From the NCBI GenBank assembly GCA_963736705.1, contig CAVTPV010000005.1, positions 5,306 to 69,305 of the forward strand: a stretch of DNA of 64,000 nucleotides. The letters are read 5' to 3'. The translations under genes were made by a program, and so were the position numbers. Of this stretch, positions 1 to 10,921 are shown piece by piece (within the stretch, counting starts at the first letter, position 1; each line of letters begins with the position of its first letter). The notes under the pieces are model-generated. The model saw only the letters and a list, made by a program, of their open reading frames with translations. It searched no databases and had not been told where the DNA came from. Source of the stretch: an uncultured Actinomycetota bacterium. Lineage in GTDB: Bacteria > Actinomycetota > Thermoleophilia > RBG-16-64-13.

Positions 1-9
1 AAGCACGGC

Positions 10-218
10 GTGGACTTCGTCGAGGCTCAGAGACTCTGGCTCGACCCGGACTTGATGCGCGTCCGCGTGCTTCGCGACGTCGAAGAGCGCTGGCTGCTGC
101 TCGGAATGATAGGCGAGAAGCACTGGTCGGTCATCATCACATATCGCGGGACGCGGGTTCGCCTGATCTCGCACGCCGTTCTCGGCCCAAGGAGGTTGCT
201 GACTATGCGCGTCGATGA
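10..218 (+). CDS. brnT: BrnT-like toxin (DUF497 family); reading frame changes near nt ~165
   Basis: N-terminal 'WDPdK...V..L..E' and C-terminal '..RLIS..RRSRPKEVADYARR*' BrnT-like signature appear only after a +1 shift; stop at 216-218 is embedded in the start of the next gene (ATGCGCGTCGATGA). Confidence 0.5.
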
Positions 219-436
219 GTTCGAACGGAAGTTCGATGCCGGGAGGACATCACCGATATGCTGGACCTCGCCCGCTCTGAGCGCGTCTATCCGAAGACGC
301 AGCGCGTCAACGTCGACTTCCCTCCGTGGATGGTGGAGTCCCTCGACAAAGAATCGAAACGCCTGGGCGTGACCAGGCAGTCGCTCGATCAAGATGTGGC
401 TCGCCGAACGTCTCGAGCGCGTCGCGTCCAAATGAG
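205..436 (+). CDS. brnA: BrnA-like antitoxin (ribbon-helix-helix), two apparent frameshifts
   Basis: 'MRVDEFERKFDAG|EDITDMLDLARSERVYPKTQRVNVDFPPWMVESLDKESKRLGVTRQSL|IKMWLAERLERVASK*' is assembled from three frames; the FDAGEDIT...VNVDFP...LGVTRQS..K.WL.ERL pattern is typical of BrnA; the start overlaps the brnT stop. Confidence 0.5.
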
Positions 437-465
437 CAAGCAGCCCAGCCCGGAAGGAGGCCCCA

Positions 466-650
466 TGCCCGTCGTGATCGTGAAGATGCTGGAAGGCCGG
501 ACGGTGGAACAGAAGCGTGACCTGGCGTCCGCCATCACCGACGCGGTGGTCAAGCACACCGGCGCGCCGGCGGAAGCCGTGGACGTCATCATCGAGGACC
601 ATCCCCGGACCGACTGGGCCAAGGGCGGGACGCTCTACTCGGACAAGTGA
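466..650 (+). CDS. 4-oxalocrotonate tautomerase family protein (61 aa)
   Basis: 'MPVVIVKMLEGRTVEQKRDLASAITDAVVKHTGAPAEAVDVIIEDHPRTDWAKGG' shows the Pro1 tautomerase fold signature; a GGAGG RBS lies 6 nt upstream of the ATG. Confidence 0.7.
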
Positions 651-1375
651 CCGGCATGATCGCCGCGTTCCTGTGGGGAGGGCTGGCGGCTGTGTCCTTG
701 CTCGTCGGCTACGTGCTGGCGCTGGCGAGGCCTGTCCAACCGGACCGTCGGCCTGGTGATGGGCTTCGGGGCCGGGGCCCTCATCGCCGCTATCGCCTAC
801 GAACTCGTCCCCGACTCCGTGGACCGTGGCTGGGATACCGTGCTCTTCCTGCTCGGCGGCGCAGTGGTCTTCTTCTGATGGACTGGGTCGTCGACCACTG
901 GGGCGGCGCGAAACGCAAGACCATCGCCGGCGAGCACGAGGGGAGTTCGGGAGCCGTGGTCTACATCGGCACCCTGCTGGACGCCGTGCCGGAGTCGATC
1001 GTCCTGGGGATGGGCCTGGCGATGGGAGGCTCCATACGGCTGGCCTTCCTGGTGGCGGTGTTCGTGTCCAACGTGCCGGAAGCCGTCGCGGGGACGCTGA
1101 ATCTGGGCGCCGCCGGCCACTCTCGCAGGCAGATCCTCGGGATGTGGGTCTCGCTCGTTCTTCTGTCCGCGGCCGCGGCCGCGCTGGGAGCCGGTCTGGT
1201 CCAGGCGCTGCCTTCCGCGGATGGGACGCTTGCCCAGGCGTTCGCCGCCGGCGCCATGCTCATGATGCTGGCCGACGCGATGATCCCCGAGGCGTACCAG
1301 CACGGAGGCAGGCAGACGGGCCTGTGGACGGTGCTCGGCTTCGTGGTGGCCGCGGTGCTGTCGGCGTTGGACTGA
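647..1375 (+). CDS. ZIP-family divalent metal (Zn) transporter, at least 2 frameshifts
   Basis: Composite reading gives 'LLVGYVLAL..|VGLVMGFGAGALIAAIAYELVPDSVDRGWDTVLFLLGGAVVFF|LMDWVVDHWGG...GGSIRLAFLVAVFVSNVPEAVAGT...LADAMIPEAYQHGG', typical ZupT/ZIP motifs; GTG start overlaps the tautomerase stop. Confidence 0.6.
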   Translation: MTGMIAAFLWGGLAAVSLLVGYVLALARPVQPDRRPGDGLRGRGPHRRYRLRTRPRLRGPWLGYRALPARRRSGLLLMDWVVDHWGGAKRKTIAGEHEGSSGAVVYIGTLLDAVPESIVLGMGLAMGGSIRLAFLVAVFVSNVPEAVAGTLNLGAAGHSRRQILGMWVSLVLLSAAAAALGAGLVQALPSADGTLAQAFAAGAMLMMLADAMIPEAYQHGGRQTGLWTVLGFVVAAVLSALD

Positions 1376-1393
1376 GGGTCTCGCGCCCCGCGC

Positions 1394-4300
1394 CTACACC
1401 CCGTAGGCCGCGGCCAGCAGCGTGACCGGGTGCACCGCCTGCAAGGATGTCGCCTCGGCGATCTGCAACCGGCAGGTGCTGCATTCGCTGGCCACGAGGT
1501 CGGGGCCGACTGCCGCGATGCGCTCGAAGAGCGGCGCGCCGGTGAGCATCGACAGGTCGTAGGTGTCCTTCTTCATGCCGAAGGTGCCGGCCATGCCGCA
1601 GCAGCCGGCCGCGAGGTCGATCACTTCCACGCCTGGGAGCTCGCGAAGCAGCTCCACCCCCGGATTGCCGACCCCCTGCGCCTTGAGATGGCAGGGCTGA
1701 TGGTAGGCGACGCGACGGACCTCGCTCCACACACCGGGAAGCGGGCCGGCGACGGGCGACCGGTCTGGATGATCGGCTCGGTAGCGGACGAGGAACTCGC
1801 CCAGGTCGTGGGTGGCATCGGCGACCGCGGAGCAGTCCGGGCTCGACGAGGTAGTCCGGGTAGTGGACCTTGAAGGCGAAAGTGGCTGTCGGCTCGGCCG
1901 AGAGCACCACCGCGCCGCGTTTCGTCCAGGGCAGCATGGATGCCACGTTGTAGGCGGCCGTTTCGCGGGCTGAGTCGGCGTAGCCGTAGAGCATCTCCGG
2001 GATGCCGCTGGAGCGCTGCTCGGGGAGGACCACCTCGATGCCGTGGGCGGCGAGGAGGCGCAGCACCGTCTGCCCGAGGTCCGGGTCGTTGTAGGCGGCG
2101 TAGAGGTCGCTGAAGTAGGCGGCCAAAGGCCGGCGGGCGCCGAGGACGGGCGCCGGGTCGCCGGGCGTCGCGTGGACCGCGGCGCCGGGCGCGGTCTGGG
2201 CCAGGGTGTGCCGCGCGAAGCGCGGCATCCGGCGGCGCCTGTCGATGCCGGTGAGCGGCTCAGTCAGGCGGCGCACCAGGGGCTGAGCCAGCAGCGGGTT
2301 CGCCAGCGGCGCGAAGCGCCGGCCCAGGGCCGAGGTGGTCTCGGCGTGGCCGAGCGCCAGTTCGAGCGGGGAGCCGCGGTGGGCCGCCCGGTATTTGCTC
2401 TTGGCCTCCAGCATCAACTTGGGGATGTTGACGTTCGACGGACACTCCACCGCGCACATCCCGCACTCGATGCACCAGTCGGTGACCGACTTCATGGCGG
2501 CTTCGCCGTAGCTGGAGTCCGGGTCCAAGCGCCCCGGTGATGACCGCGCGCAGCAGGTTGGCCTTGGCGCGGGGCGACGCCGCCTCCCGGCGCGTCGCCT
2601 TGTAGGTGGGGCACATGGTGGTCACCACCGTGCTCTTGCATTGGGCGCAGCCGTGGCATTTTTCGATCTCCCGCTCGTATTCCTCGCCGGGGAAGTGCAG
2701 AAGCGGCTTCTGCGGGAAGGTGCGGTAGTCGAAACCGTAGCGCAGGTCACGGAGCAGGGGGCCGCTGGGTGCGGCGCCGGCCTGGGCGCCGCCGTCCCAG
2801 GCGGCCAGGTGCCGCTCTCCTCCTGCGGCCCCACTTTCTTGCCGGGGTTCATCAGACCCTGAGGATCGAACGCATTCTTGACCAGAGAGAACAGGGAGTA
2901 GATGGCATCCCCGTACGTCTGGCGGAGGTAGGGGGTGCGGAGCAGGCCGTCGCCGTGCTCGCCCGACATGGTGCCGCGGACGCCGCGGACGTAGGCCGAG
3001 ACCTCGTCGTAGAGGCGCTGCATGGTGCGCAGGTCGGCGGGGTCTTTGGGATCGAGGAGCGGGCGGGTGTGGATGTTGCCGTCGCCCACGTGGCCGTACA
3101 TGACGGCGTCCACGTGTTCGCGGTCGAAGAGGCGCTGCAGGAAATCGACGTAGCCGGGGACCTCGGTGGGATGCACGGTGACGTCCTCGATGAAGGGCAG
3201 CGCCCGACGGGGGCCCGGCATGCGCAGGGCCAGCGCCACGGCGGACTTGCGGACCGTCCAGAGGCGGGCGGCCTCTTCGGCGGACCGGGCGCGGACCATG
3301 GTGATGGCGCCGGTGCCGGCCAAGTGGCGCGCCAGGGCGGCGAACTTGTCGTCCACCTCGGCGTCGTCGCCCCCCTCGAACTCGATGAGCAGGGCGGTGT
3401 CGGTGTGCTCGGGCAACATGGCGTCCACGCGGGAGTCGTGCTTGCGCACCAGGGCGAGGAAGCGGGAGTCCATGATCTCGACGGCGGTGGGCGCCAGCGC
3501 CAGGATGCCCGGCACCGCCTCCCCGGACGCGAACACCGACGGGAAGTACGCCATGGCTATGCCGCGCCGCCGGGGCAGCGGCACCAAGTTCAGCGTGGCT
3601 TCGGTGACCAGTCCCAGCGTCCCTTCGGCGCCGACGAACAGCTTCTGGAGATGGACCAGGCTGGGCCCTTCGGGCCCCCGCGCCGCAGCCATGCCGGCGC
3701 CGCCGGCGCCGCAGCCCCGCGGCCCCCTCGCCGAACACCGTCTCCAGCCGGTACCCGGAACAGTTCTTGACCACATTGGGCATGGCCGCCGCGATGGCGG
3801 CGGCGTTGGCCTGCAACTCTGGAAGTAGCTTGGCGAACGCGCGGCCGGCGAGAGTGGCGGCACCGGACCAGGCGCCGGTTTCGGCGCCGTTCCCATGTCC
3901 GGCTCCCGCGCCCAGCAGGGCGGCCAGTTCGGCGCCATCGGCCGCCAAGGCCCGCGCCGTGAACGTGCTCCCATCCGCCAGCACGGTCTCCAGTGCCAGG
4001 ACGTGATCCTTGGTGCCACCGTAGGCGACGGTGCGGGCGCCGGAGGAGTTGGTGCCGATCATGCCGCCCAGGCTGCAGTAGTTCTCGCTGGAGGGGTCGG
4101 GGGCGAAGAAGGCGCCGTACTTGGCCGCTTCCTGGTTGAGGTTCGCCATGACCAGGCCGGGCTGCACCCGGGCCCAGGAGCCGTCGGGGGCGATCTCAAG
4201 GATGCGGTTCATGTACCGGGTGAAGTCCACCTGGATGCCCGCGCCCACGGCGCCGCCGGCCAAGCCGGAGCCCATGCCCCGGCCGACAAGGGGCAGCCCG

Positions 4301-4431
4301 TGCTCGGCGCAATACTGGACGAGGCGCACCACGTCCTCGGTGTCGCGCGGCGAGACGACGCCCAGCGGGGTCACCTGGTTGAGGCCGGCATCGGTGGCGT
4401 AGAGGTGGCGGGAGACGTCGTCGAACTCCAC
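1394..4431 (-). CDS. FAD-linked oxidase fused to Fe-S/CCG-domain oxidoreductase (YdiJ / GlcD+GlcF-like, ~1000 aa), multiple frameshifts
   Basis: N-terminal FAD-binding PCMH domain (VVSPRDTEDVVRLVQYCAEHGLPLVGRGMGSGLAGGAV) and FAD-oxidase C-terminal domain (HVGDGNIHTRPL...MSGEHGDGLLRTPYL...NPGKKV). These are followed by a 2x4Fe-4S segment (CHGCAQC...CPT, CIECGMCAVECP) and two CCG cysteine-rich domains (HQPCHLKAQGV...AGCCGMAGTFG). The pieces sit in three frames of ORFs 2260..4431, 2622..4019, 1260..2528 and 1394..1732. Confidence 0.65.
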
Positions 4432-4531
4432 GTCGCCCTTGAGTAGGCGGCGCAGGTCGGCGGCGACGCGGGCGCCGCGGCGCGGGCCGCGCGGTGCCGC
4501 GCGGCGCGGCGCGGCCGGCTGTGCGGGCCGG

Positions 4532-6265
4532 TCACTTCAGGGGTATCACCGGCAGCAGCAGGTGCGACGGGTACTCCGCGTTGTGATAGACGCTGTGTGT
4601 CACGGTCTTGCTGCTGCACACGTGGTTCCCGATGTATTCGATGTTGCTCAGGCCGGCGGTGCCAGTCGGTACGTCGAGGCTGGTGATGTCCACGCAGATC
4701 CGGTGCCCGCGCAGGAACATGTTCGCCGTCGAGAGCAATTCTACCTGGTATTCGTTGATTTCCCCGGGGACAACCGGCTGCTGGGCCTCCCGAGTGAGCT
4801 TGTGGAACGGCGCCCAGGGCTTGCTGTGCTCCGCATCGAGGGCGCGGTGCGACGCCTTGAGCCATCCGCGGGTGAGTTCCCGCTCGGGAAGATCGCCCGG
4901 GACGTTACGTTCGCCCTCCCGTTGCGTCCGCACCGACACGTCCGGCCCCACGTCCGACAGGACGATGATCCAGTTGGTGTCGTCCTGGTCGAGGGCGGCG
5001 TGGATGGTCAGCGAGCAGGGGCCCACCACCAGCAGGTCGTCGGCCAGCGGCTCGCTCATGTAGCGGAGGCGCTCCACCTTCATGGTCTTCTTGAGCGGCA
5101 TCTGCGTGAAGACGTCGGGGTCGGGGTTGTAGCTCTGGGTCTGCTCCTTGGGCAGCGACTCCTCGGTGGTGAGGCGCTCCCAGCTGTCGAGGTAGAACTT
5201 GGTCCACTGCGTCTCGGGGGCGGGCCAGTCGCTGAAGGTGCGCCACTTGTTCTCGCCCATGACCCAGGTCTTCACCGGCGGGTCGGCCTCGGCGCCGTTG
5301 TCGATGCCCTTCAGCCAGTGGTCGTACCAGCGGATGATGTCGTCGTGCATGTCGTGGAACGGGCGTTCCATGTGGGCGGGTCCGTTGAAAAGGAGCCGTT
5401 TCTTGGGGGAGTTCTGAGCGTTGATGAACCAGTGCTGGGCTCCCTGCCAGTGCATCTTGTAGGTGTAGGCGTAGGCGCCGGAGCCGCAGACGAACGGGAT
5501 CTTCACCTTCTGGAAGTCCACCTCGCTCTTGGCGAGGAGTTCGGGATAGTCATACGGATCGATGAGCGTCCAGAACGTCATCCCCTGGCGCTGGCCCTTC
5601 TGGGTGAGGATGTTCCACAGGTGCGCGTACATCCGGTAGTCGGGGTTGTTCATGGCCCATTCCCACTTGGCCTCGTCCTCGGGCGATAGCGGCCCCGGCT
5701 GCCCGCACGGCTCGTGCACGCAGCTGAACATGCCCAGCAGGTAGGGCATCATCTGGAACACGCCGCCCGGATGGAACTCGCGGACGCTCCACATGCCGCT
5801 GAAGCCGCCCATGGAGTCGTACGGGTAGATGGCCTTGAGCGCCGGGTGCCCCTGCACCGCGGCCCGGAACTGCTCCCCGCCGAACGCCGATATGCCGATC
5901 ATGCCCACATTGCCGTCGCACCAGGGCTGCTGGGAGATCCACTCGATCATGTCGTAGTGGTCGGTCTCGTTGTCGGGCGTGTAGTCGCCCTCCGACTTGC
6001 CCACCCCGCGCAACTCCGCGATGACGTGCGCGTACCCGTTGGCCACCAGCCGCTTGGTGTCTCCGCCCTCCACCACGCCGTACCACAGTGAGGCGTAGGC
6101 CGGCTGGGGCGGCAGCGCTTCGGCGATCTCCGGGCGCTGCAGGTCTTTGTTGTGCACCGCGCAGGTGTAGAGCACCGGCGTGGCGCCGCCTGCTTTGGGC
6201 CTGTAGACGTCCACGGCCAGATGCACTCCGTCGCGCATCCGCACCATCACGTCACGTTCCTGGAT
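4532..6265 (-). CDS. CocE/NonD (peptidase S15) family hydrolase / X-Pro dipeptidyl-peptidase-like
   Basis: Uninterrupted ~578-aa ORF; 'GVHLAVDVYRP...PVLYTCAVHNKD...GYAHVIAELRGVGKSEGDY...GMIGISAFG' carries the alpha/beta-hydrolase GxSxG and the S15 N-terminal signature; the likely start is M at 'MIQERDVMVRM'. Confidence 0.7.
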   Translation of the reverse strand: MQERDVMVRMRDGVHLAVDVYRPKAGGATPVLYTCAVHNKDLQRPEIAEALPPQPAYASLWYGVVEGGDTKRLVANGYAHVIAELRGVGKSEGDYTPDNETDHYDMIEWISQQPWCDGNVGMIGISAFGGEQFRAAVQGHPALKAIYPYDSMGGFSGMWSVREFHPGGVFQMMPYLLGMFSCVHEPCGQPGPLSPEDEAKWEWAMNNPDYRMYAHLWNILTQKGQRQGMTFWTLIDPYDYPELLAKSEVDFQKVKIPFVCGSGAYAYTYKMHWQGAQHWFINAQNSPKKRLLFNGPAHMERPFHDMHDDIIRWYDHWLKGIDNGAEADPPVKTWVMGENKWRTFSDWPAPETQWTKFYLDSWERLTTEESLPKEQTQSYNPDPDVFTQMPLKKTMKVERLRYMSEPLADDLLVVGPCSLTIHAALDQDDTNWIIVLSDVGPDVSVRTQREGERNVPGDLPERELTRGWLKASHRALDAEHSKPWAPFHKLTREAQQPVVPGEINEYQVELLSTANMFLRGHRICVDITSLDVPTGTAGLSNIEYIGNHVCSSKTVTHSVYHNAEYPSHLLLPVIPLK

Positions 6266-6534
6266 CATGTTCTCGTAGACGGGCTCGTCGAGCGCCACTG
6301 CGCCTCCCTTCCTCGCCGGACGGCGCCGTTCCCCGGCCGCCGCCGCTGCGCGAGCGAATCTAGTAGTGACTAACCCCCACGATAGCGCAGTGGCCCGGTT
6401 CATGAGAGAATCTTTGGGTCCCGGTATCAGCGGCTCCGGCCGCCCGCGGGACGAGCAGCCTCAATCGGATTCACAAAGGAACCAAGCACCATGGAACGCG
6501 GCGCGTCCGCGTCGAGCAGAAAAGGGGGTGAGTC

Positions 6535-7471
6535 ATGCTTGCCATCCTCAAGACCACCGAAACGGGTCTCGAGAAAATAGAGGAGTTCGAACCGGGCTCC
6601 TGGATCGATCTGGTCAGCCCAACCGAGGAAGAGCTGCGACGAGTAAGCGGCGAGCTGGACATCCCGCTCGACTTCCTGAGTGCTCCCTTGGACGAGGAAG
6701 AGAAATCGCGGGTCGAGATCGAGGACGGGGCTCACCCTCGTGATCGTCGACATCCCGGTGCTGGTGGTGGAGGACGACGAGCGTAGCTACGCCACCATCC
6801 CGCTGGGGATGATCGTCCACAAGGATTACTTCATCACCATCTGCCTGCGCGTGAACCCCATCCTGGGCGAGTTCGAGCGGGGAACGGTCAAGAACTTCTT
6901 CACGTTCAAGAAGACCCGTTTCCTGTTCCAGATCCTGCAGACCATATCCGCGTTCTACCTGCGCTACCTCTATCGCATCGACCGCGAGACCGACAAGTTG
7001 GAGCGCGAACTGCGGGCGTCGTCGCGGAACGAATCCATCTATGACCTGCTCAACCTGCAGAAAGCCCTGGTGTACTTCACCACCTCGCTCCGCTCGAACG
7101 AGAGCGTGCTCCAGAAGCTCATGCGCGGGAAGAGCGTCAAGATGTACGAAGAGGACGAGGAGCTCCTCGAGGACACCCTCGTCGAGAACCGGCAGGCCTC
7201 GGAGATGGCCAAGATCTACACCGACATCCTCACGGGCATGATGGACGCGTTCGCTTCGGTCATCAACAACAACCTGAACCAGGTGATGAAGCTCCTCACC
7301 TCCATCACCATCATGCTGTCGGTGCCCGTCATCGTGTCGTCCTTCTGGGGGATGAACGTGAAGGTGCCGTTCGGGGTCAACTACGCCCACGGGTTCGTGA
7401 TCGCCATCGCGATCGCGGTGGCGGGGATCATCGGGTTCTTCATCGTGTTCTGGAGGAAGAAGTACTTCTAG
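6535..7471 (+). CDS. corA: CorA Mg2+/Co2+ transporter, 1 frameshift near 6730
   Basis: '...PLDFLSAPLDEEEKSRVEIEDG|LTLVIVDIPV...' continues to the C-terminal TM pair with 'FWGMNVKVPF' (the GMN motif) and 'GFFIVFWRKKYF*'. Confidence 0.7.
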
Positions 7472-7505
7472 GAGTGGCCGGCGCCGAGGTGGCGCTTCCC
7501 TTCCT

Positions 7506-9363
7506 CTACTGCCTCCAGGGCGAAAGTGGCTTGGTGGCCGTCTGGTGGTGCCTCGGCTTGCGGCGGCCTCTCGGGGCCGGGGGTTCCAGCAGGCTCAGTT
7601 CGTCCTGCACCTCCAGGGTCTCGATGGGGATCACGCGCATGCGTTTCACTCCCATCAGCACCATGAAGGCCGACGTTATGAACACCATCGCCGCCGGGCC
7701 GCGGACGCCGTAGGCGCCGGAGACCGTCTGGACTATCGCGAACCACCAGGCCCGCAGCCAGCCTATGTCGTTCCCTGAGGCCAGGTACGAGTACAGAAGG
7801 ATGGGGACGATCAGACCGAACAACAGCACCGGGGCGTTGCTCAGGAAACGGTGGCGCCAGAACGCTCCCGTGTAGACGGGCTCGGCGAAGCAGGTGGCCA
7901 GCGGCCAGGTCCAGGCCAGGGCCAGGCAGGGCAGCACCAGGAACGCCGAGCGGGACAGCATCAGGGTCAGGCCGAATATCAGGCTCACGAAGCCCACGCA
8001 TAGGCGGGTCATCTCCGTGGCCGCGCGGGATTCGCGGGGGCGCAGGTAGCCCAGCAGATGCCGGGAGATCACGAAGGCGGCGCCGCCCAGCAGGATGAGG
8101 ATGAGCGTCGGGCCGACCTTGGGACTCGTGGCCGGGCCGGGCGTCGTCGGCACCTGGAAGTGATACAGCGGGATGAGCCCCCAGCGGGCGAGGGCGTAGG
8201 CGAGCAGGAAGACCAGCCCCAGCGGGATGGCGAACGACAGCAGGTTGCGCAGGTGCAGCAGGGCGCCGCGTCCGCTGATGCGCGAGGAGAAGAGCCAGAT
8301 GAGCAGAGCGCAGATGGTCGGGAGGAGCATGAGCACGGCCAACAGCGTGACCGCCCGGCTGGTGAGGTAGCGTCCGGAGTTGAGCACCAGGGCCGTCCCC
8401 GGGTCGGAGGGCATCTCGGCCTGGGCGTCCAGCGACATGATGAGCCGCTCGATGGCGGCGCCCTGCTGGGAGAGCCCGGCCGCCGTGGGGTTGCCGGTCG
8501 AGTCGTCATAGAGGCGCAGCGACGGGATGCCCTTGCTGAGCCCCGCCACCTGGTCGCCGCGGGACAGGGCGAGGGCGTGGTCGGCGGCCTGTGAAGCCAT
8601 GCCGGGCACCCGGAGCGCCAGCCCTGATTTGGCCAGCACCTGGGTGGTCAGTTGCACGTACCAGCCCGGAGTGGTGTCCTGGGGAGCGCTGACCCCGGCC
8701 CGCAGGATCTTGGTGCGCTCCTTGCCGAGGCCCGAGACCGAGAGGATGGTGGAGACATTGGAGACGATGTCCCGGAGTTCGCCGTCGCTGTTGTTGAGGA
8801 AGTAGTCCATCCCCAGACCACCGCTGCTCCAGTCTTCCGTGGAGAGGAAGATGATGGTCTTCTGATGGGGCCGGGATGCGAACACCTGAGCCAATTCCAT
8901 CAGGACGGCCGAGCCGCTCGAGTAGTGGAGCGGGTCCACCTTGGCCACGGCCGGCGTGTCGCGCGGCGCGGCGATCACGATGGCGTCCCCCTTGCCGGGC
9001 AGGACGAGCACGACGTTGCGCAACGTCACTTCGCGATCACCGAGCGGGGCCTGGAACTCCTGGACCACGGGGTCGCCGAAGGCGGAGAACTTGCCCTCGA
9101 CCCAGGTGGCCACCTCGGCGGCGTCTTCCGATCCCAGGCTGCGTTCCTGGTCCCTTGCTCCACATGTCCTCGGCCAGGCGGAAGGCCCGGTTGGAGTCGA
9201 AGAAGGTGGGGCCGATGGTGACCTCGATGGTGGAGGTCGGGGACGAGATGGAGAGGAAGACGACCACGGCCGAGAGGACGACGAGGGCCACGCAGACGGC
9301 GTACGCTATCTTCCTCAGTTGCCGGACCCGGTCTACCAGGCGCCGGCGGATGGTCAGGGGCAT
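7506..9363 (-). CDS. Membrane-anchored M28-family peptidase homolog with C-terminal polytopic membrane domain, 1 frameshift near 9130
   Basis: N-terminal TM helix (AVCVALVVLSAVVVFL); M28 peptidase-like core (VVLVLPGKGDAIVIAAPRDT...HYSSGSAVLMELAQVF...IFLSTEDWSSGGLG); then ~8 predicted TM helices. Confidence 0.5.
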
Positions 9364-9468
9364 ACACGACTCCCGTTCTGTGGAGGCTCAGAATTATATG
9401 CCTGCTAACCGCGTCGAGGCAAATGAGCGTGTTATCCTTCGGCGGTCTGCCCCCTGGAGGAACCATCC

Positions 9469-10706
9469 GTGTCAGCCAAGCTCATCAGCATAGAAGAGGC
9501 CCGAAACCGCGTTCTGGCCGAGGCTCAGCCTCTGCCGCCGGAGACCATCCCCATCGTCGAGGCTCTCGGCTCGGTGCTCTGCGAGGACATCGTCGCCCCG
9601 CACGACGTCCCCCCGTTCGACAACTCCGGCATGGACGGCTACGCGGTACAGGCGGCGGACATCGTGGAAGCGGACGCCTCCTCTCCGGCCCGGCTGCTCA
9701 TCACGGAGACCATCCCCGCGGGGCATGTGGCCTTGGCGGCTGTGCTGCCGGGGCAAGCGGCCCGCATCATGACCGGCGCTCCCGTGCCCCAAGGCGCCGA
9801 CACCGTGGTCCAGTCGGAACTCACCACCGAGGACGACGGGTACGTCAACATCCTCGAGGCGGTCAGGCGGGGCAAGAACATCCGCCGCGCCGGTGAGGAC
9901 GTCACAGTGCGGCGAGCGGGTGCTGGCCGCGGGCACGCCCCTCGCTCCGGCCGAGATAGGAATGATCGCCAGCCTGGGATATCCCCAGGTGTCGGTGCAT
10001 CGGCGGCCGCGGGTGGCCATCATCTCCACGGGCAGCGAACTGGTGGAGGTCGACCAGCCGCTCGGCCCCGGGCAGATCCGGAACTCCAACAGCTACTCCC
10101 TGCAGGCGCTCTGCCGGCAGATGGGAGTGGAAGCCGGTCCCGTTCGGCATCGTCCCCGACGACTATGAGGCCACGCGCAAAGCGGTGGAAGCCGGTCTGG
10201 AATACGACGTGCTGCTCACTTCCGGGGGCGTCTCGGTCGGCACGTTCGACTTCGTCAAGGACGTCCAGGACGAGCTCGGCGTGGAGCGCAAGCTGTGGGG
10301 CATCGCCATGAAGCCCGGCAAGCCGGTGGCGTTCGGCGTGCGGGGCAAGACTCTGGTCTTCGGGCTGCCAGGCAACCCGGTGTCGGCCATGGTGTCGTTC
10401 GAGCTGTTCGTCAAGCCGGCGTTGCTGCGGCTCATGGGCCACCGCCGGACCACCAAGCCGCTCTACACCGCCATCATCGAGGAAGACATCTCCAACCCGG
10501 ACGGCCGGGTCTACGTGGTGCGCGTGCGGGCCTGGCGCGAAGACGGCGCCTGGCACATCAGCTCCACCGGCGCGCAGGGCTCGGGGATACTGAGGTCCAT
10601 GGTGGGCGCCAACGGACTGGCCTTCATCCCGGGCGGCCACCGGGGCGTCAAAGCCGGTGAACAGGTGGAATTCCTGCTTCTTCGCGAAGACCTTGAGGAA
10701 CCCTGA
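9469..10706 (+). CDS. moeA: Molybdopterin molybdenumtransferase MoeA, 2 frameshifts (~9900, ~10140)
   Basis: 'PPFDNSGMDGYAV...RIMTGAPVPQGADTVV' + 'IASLGY..V.V.RRPRVAIISTGSELV' + 'DVLLTSGGVSVGTFDFVKDV...FGLPGNPVSAMVSFELFVKP' across three frames. Confidence 0.75.
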
Positions 10707-10735
10707 TAGTAGCCTGAACGGCGTGCCTCGGCGGG

Positions 10736-10764
10736 TTGTCGACGGACCTCGCCGGGGCTACAAT
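10736..10764 (+). promoter_or_regulatory. sigma70-like promoter: -35 TTGTCG, 17-bp spacer, -10 TACAAT
   Basis: TTGTCGacggacctcgccggggcTACAAT read directly in the moeA-downstream intergenic region; predicted TSS ~10771. Confidence 0.5.
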
Positions 10765-10770
10765 GAGAGC

Positions 10771-10882
10771 GTGATCAAAGTAATTCGACAGAGGCGCGGG
10801 GGAGCTGATGAAGGCTCAACCGTGCGGGGCAAAAAGACCGGTTGAACTGGCCTGGTAGCTGACGCTGCTGGGCTTTTTTGTT
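10771..10882 (+). ncRNA. Candidate small RNA or attenuator-type 5' leader (~110 nt) between the promoter and an intrinsic terminator; contains a 16-codon mini-ORF (10808-10858, MKAQPCGAKRPVELAW)
   Basis: Promoter, then ~80 nt, then a hairpin CCUGGUAGC-UGAC-GCUGCUGGG followed by CUUUUUUGUU; the mini-ORF stop lies inside the terminator stem; local GC is lower than the flanks. Confidence 0.25.
10851..10882 (+). terminator. Rho-independent terminator (9-bp stem with 3 G·U pairs, UGAC loop, U6 tract)
   Basis: cctggtagc tgac gctgctggg c tttttt g tt. Confidence 0.4.
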
Positions 10883-10921
10883 GGAACAAGGCTTCTTGGC
10901 TCAGATCGGAAAGGAGATCTC

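Noticed and set aside
2769-3770. 333-aa plus-strand ORF, and similar long antisense ORFs (35511..37052 +, 55424..56410 +, 39695..41059 -, 17727..18794 -, 34064..34880 -)
   Set aside because: They lie antisense to well-supported genes (FAD oxidase, citrate synthase, paaK, korA, accD). They have an Arg/Gly/His-rich composition typical of spurious ORFs in high-GC DNA, and carry no recognisable motifs.
4266-6403. N-terminal extension 'MNRATALSWGLVTTRFARAAAAAGERRR...' of ORF 4532..6403 as part of the S15 peptidase
   Set aside because: The extension is Arg/Ala-rich with no signal-peptide character, and it overlaps the 5' end of the upstream oxidase gene. The conserved fold starts at the internal Met (MIQERDVMVRM).
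10808-10858. 16-codon mini-ORF as a stand-alone protein-coding gene
   Set aside because: Too short and with a weakly spaced RBS. Kept only as a possible leader peptide within the candidate attenuator/sRNA finding.
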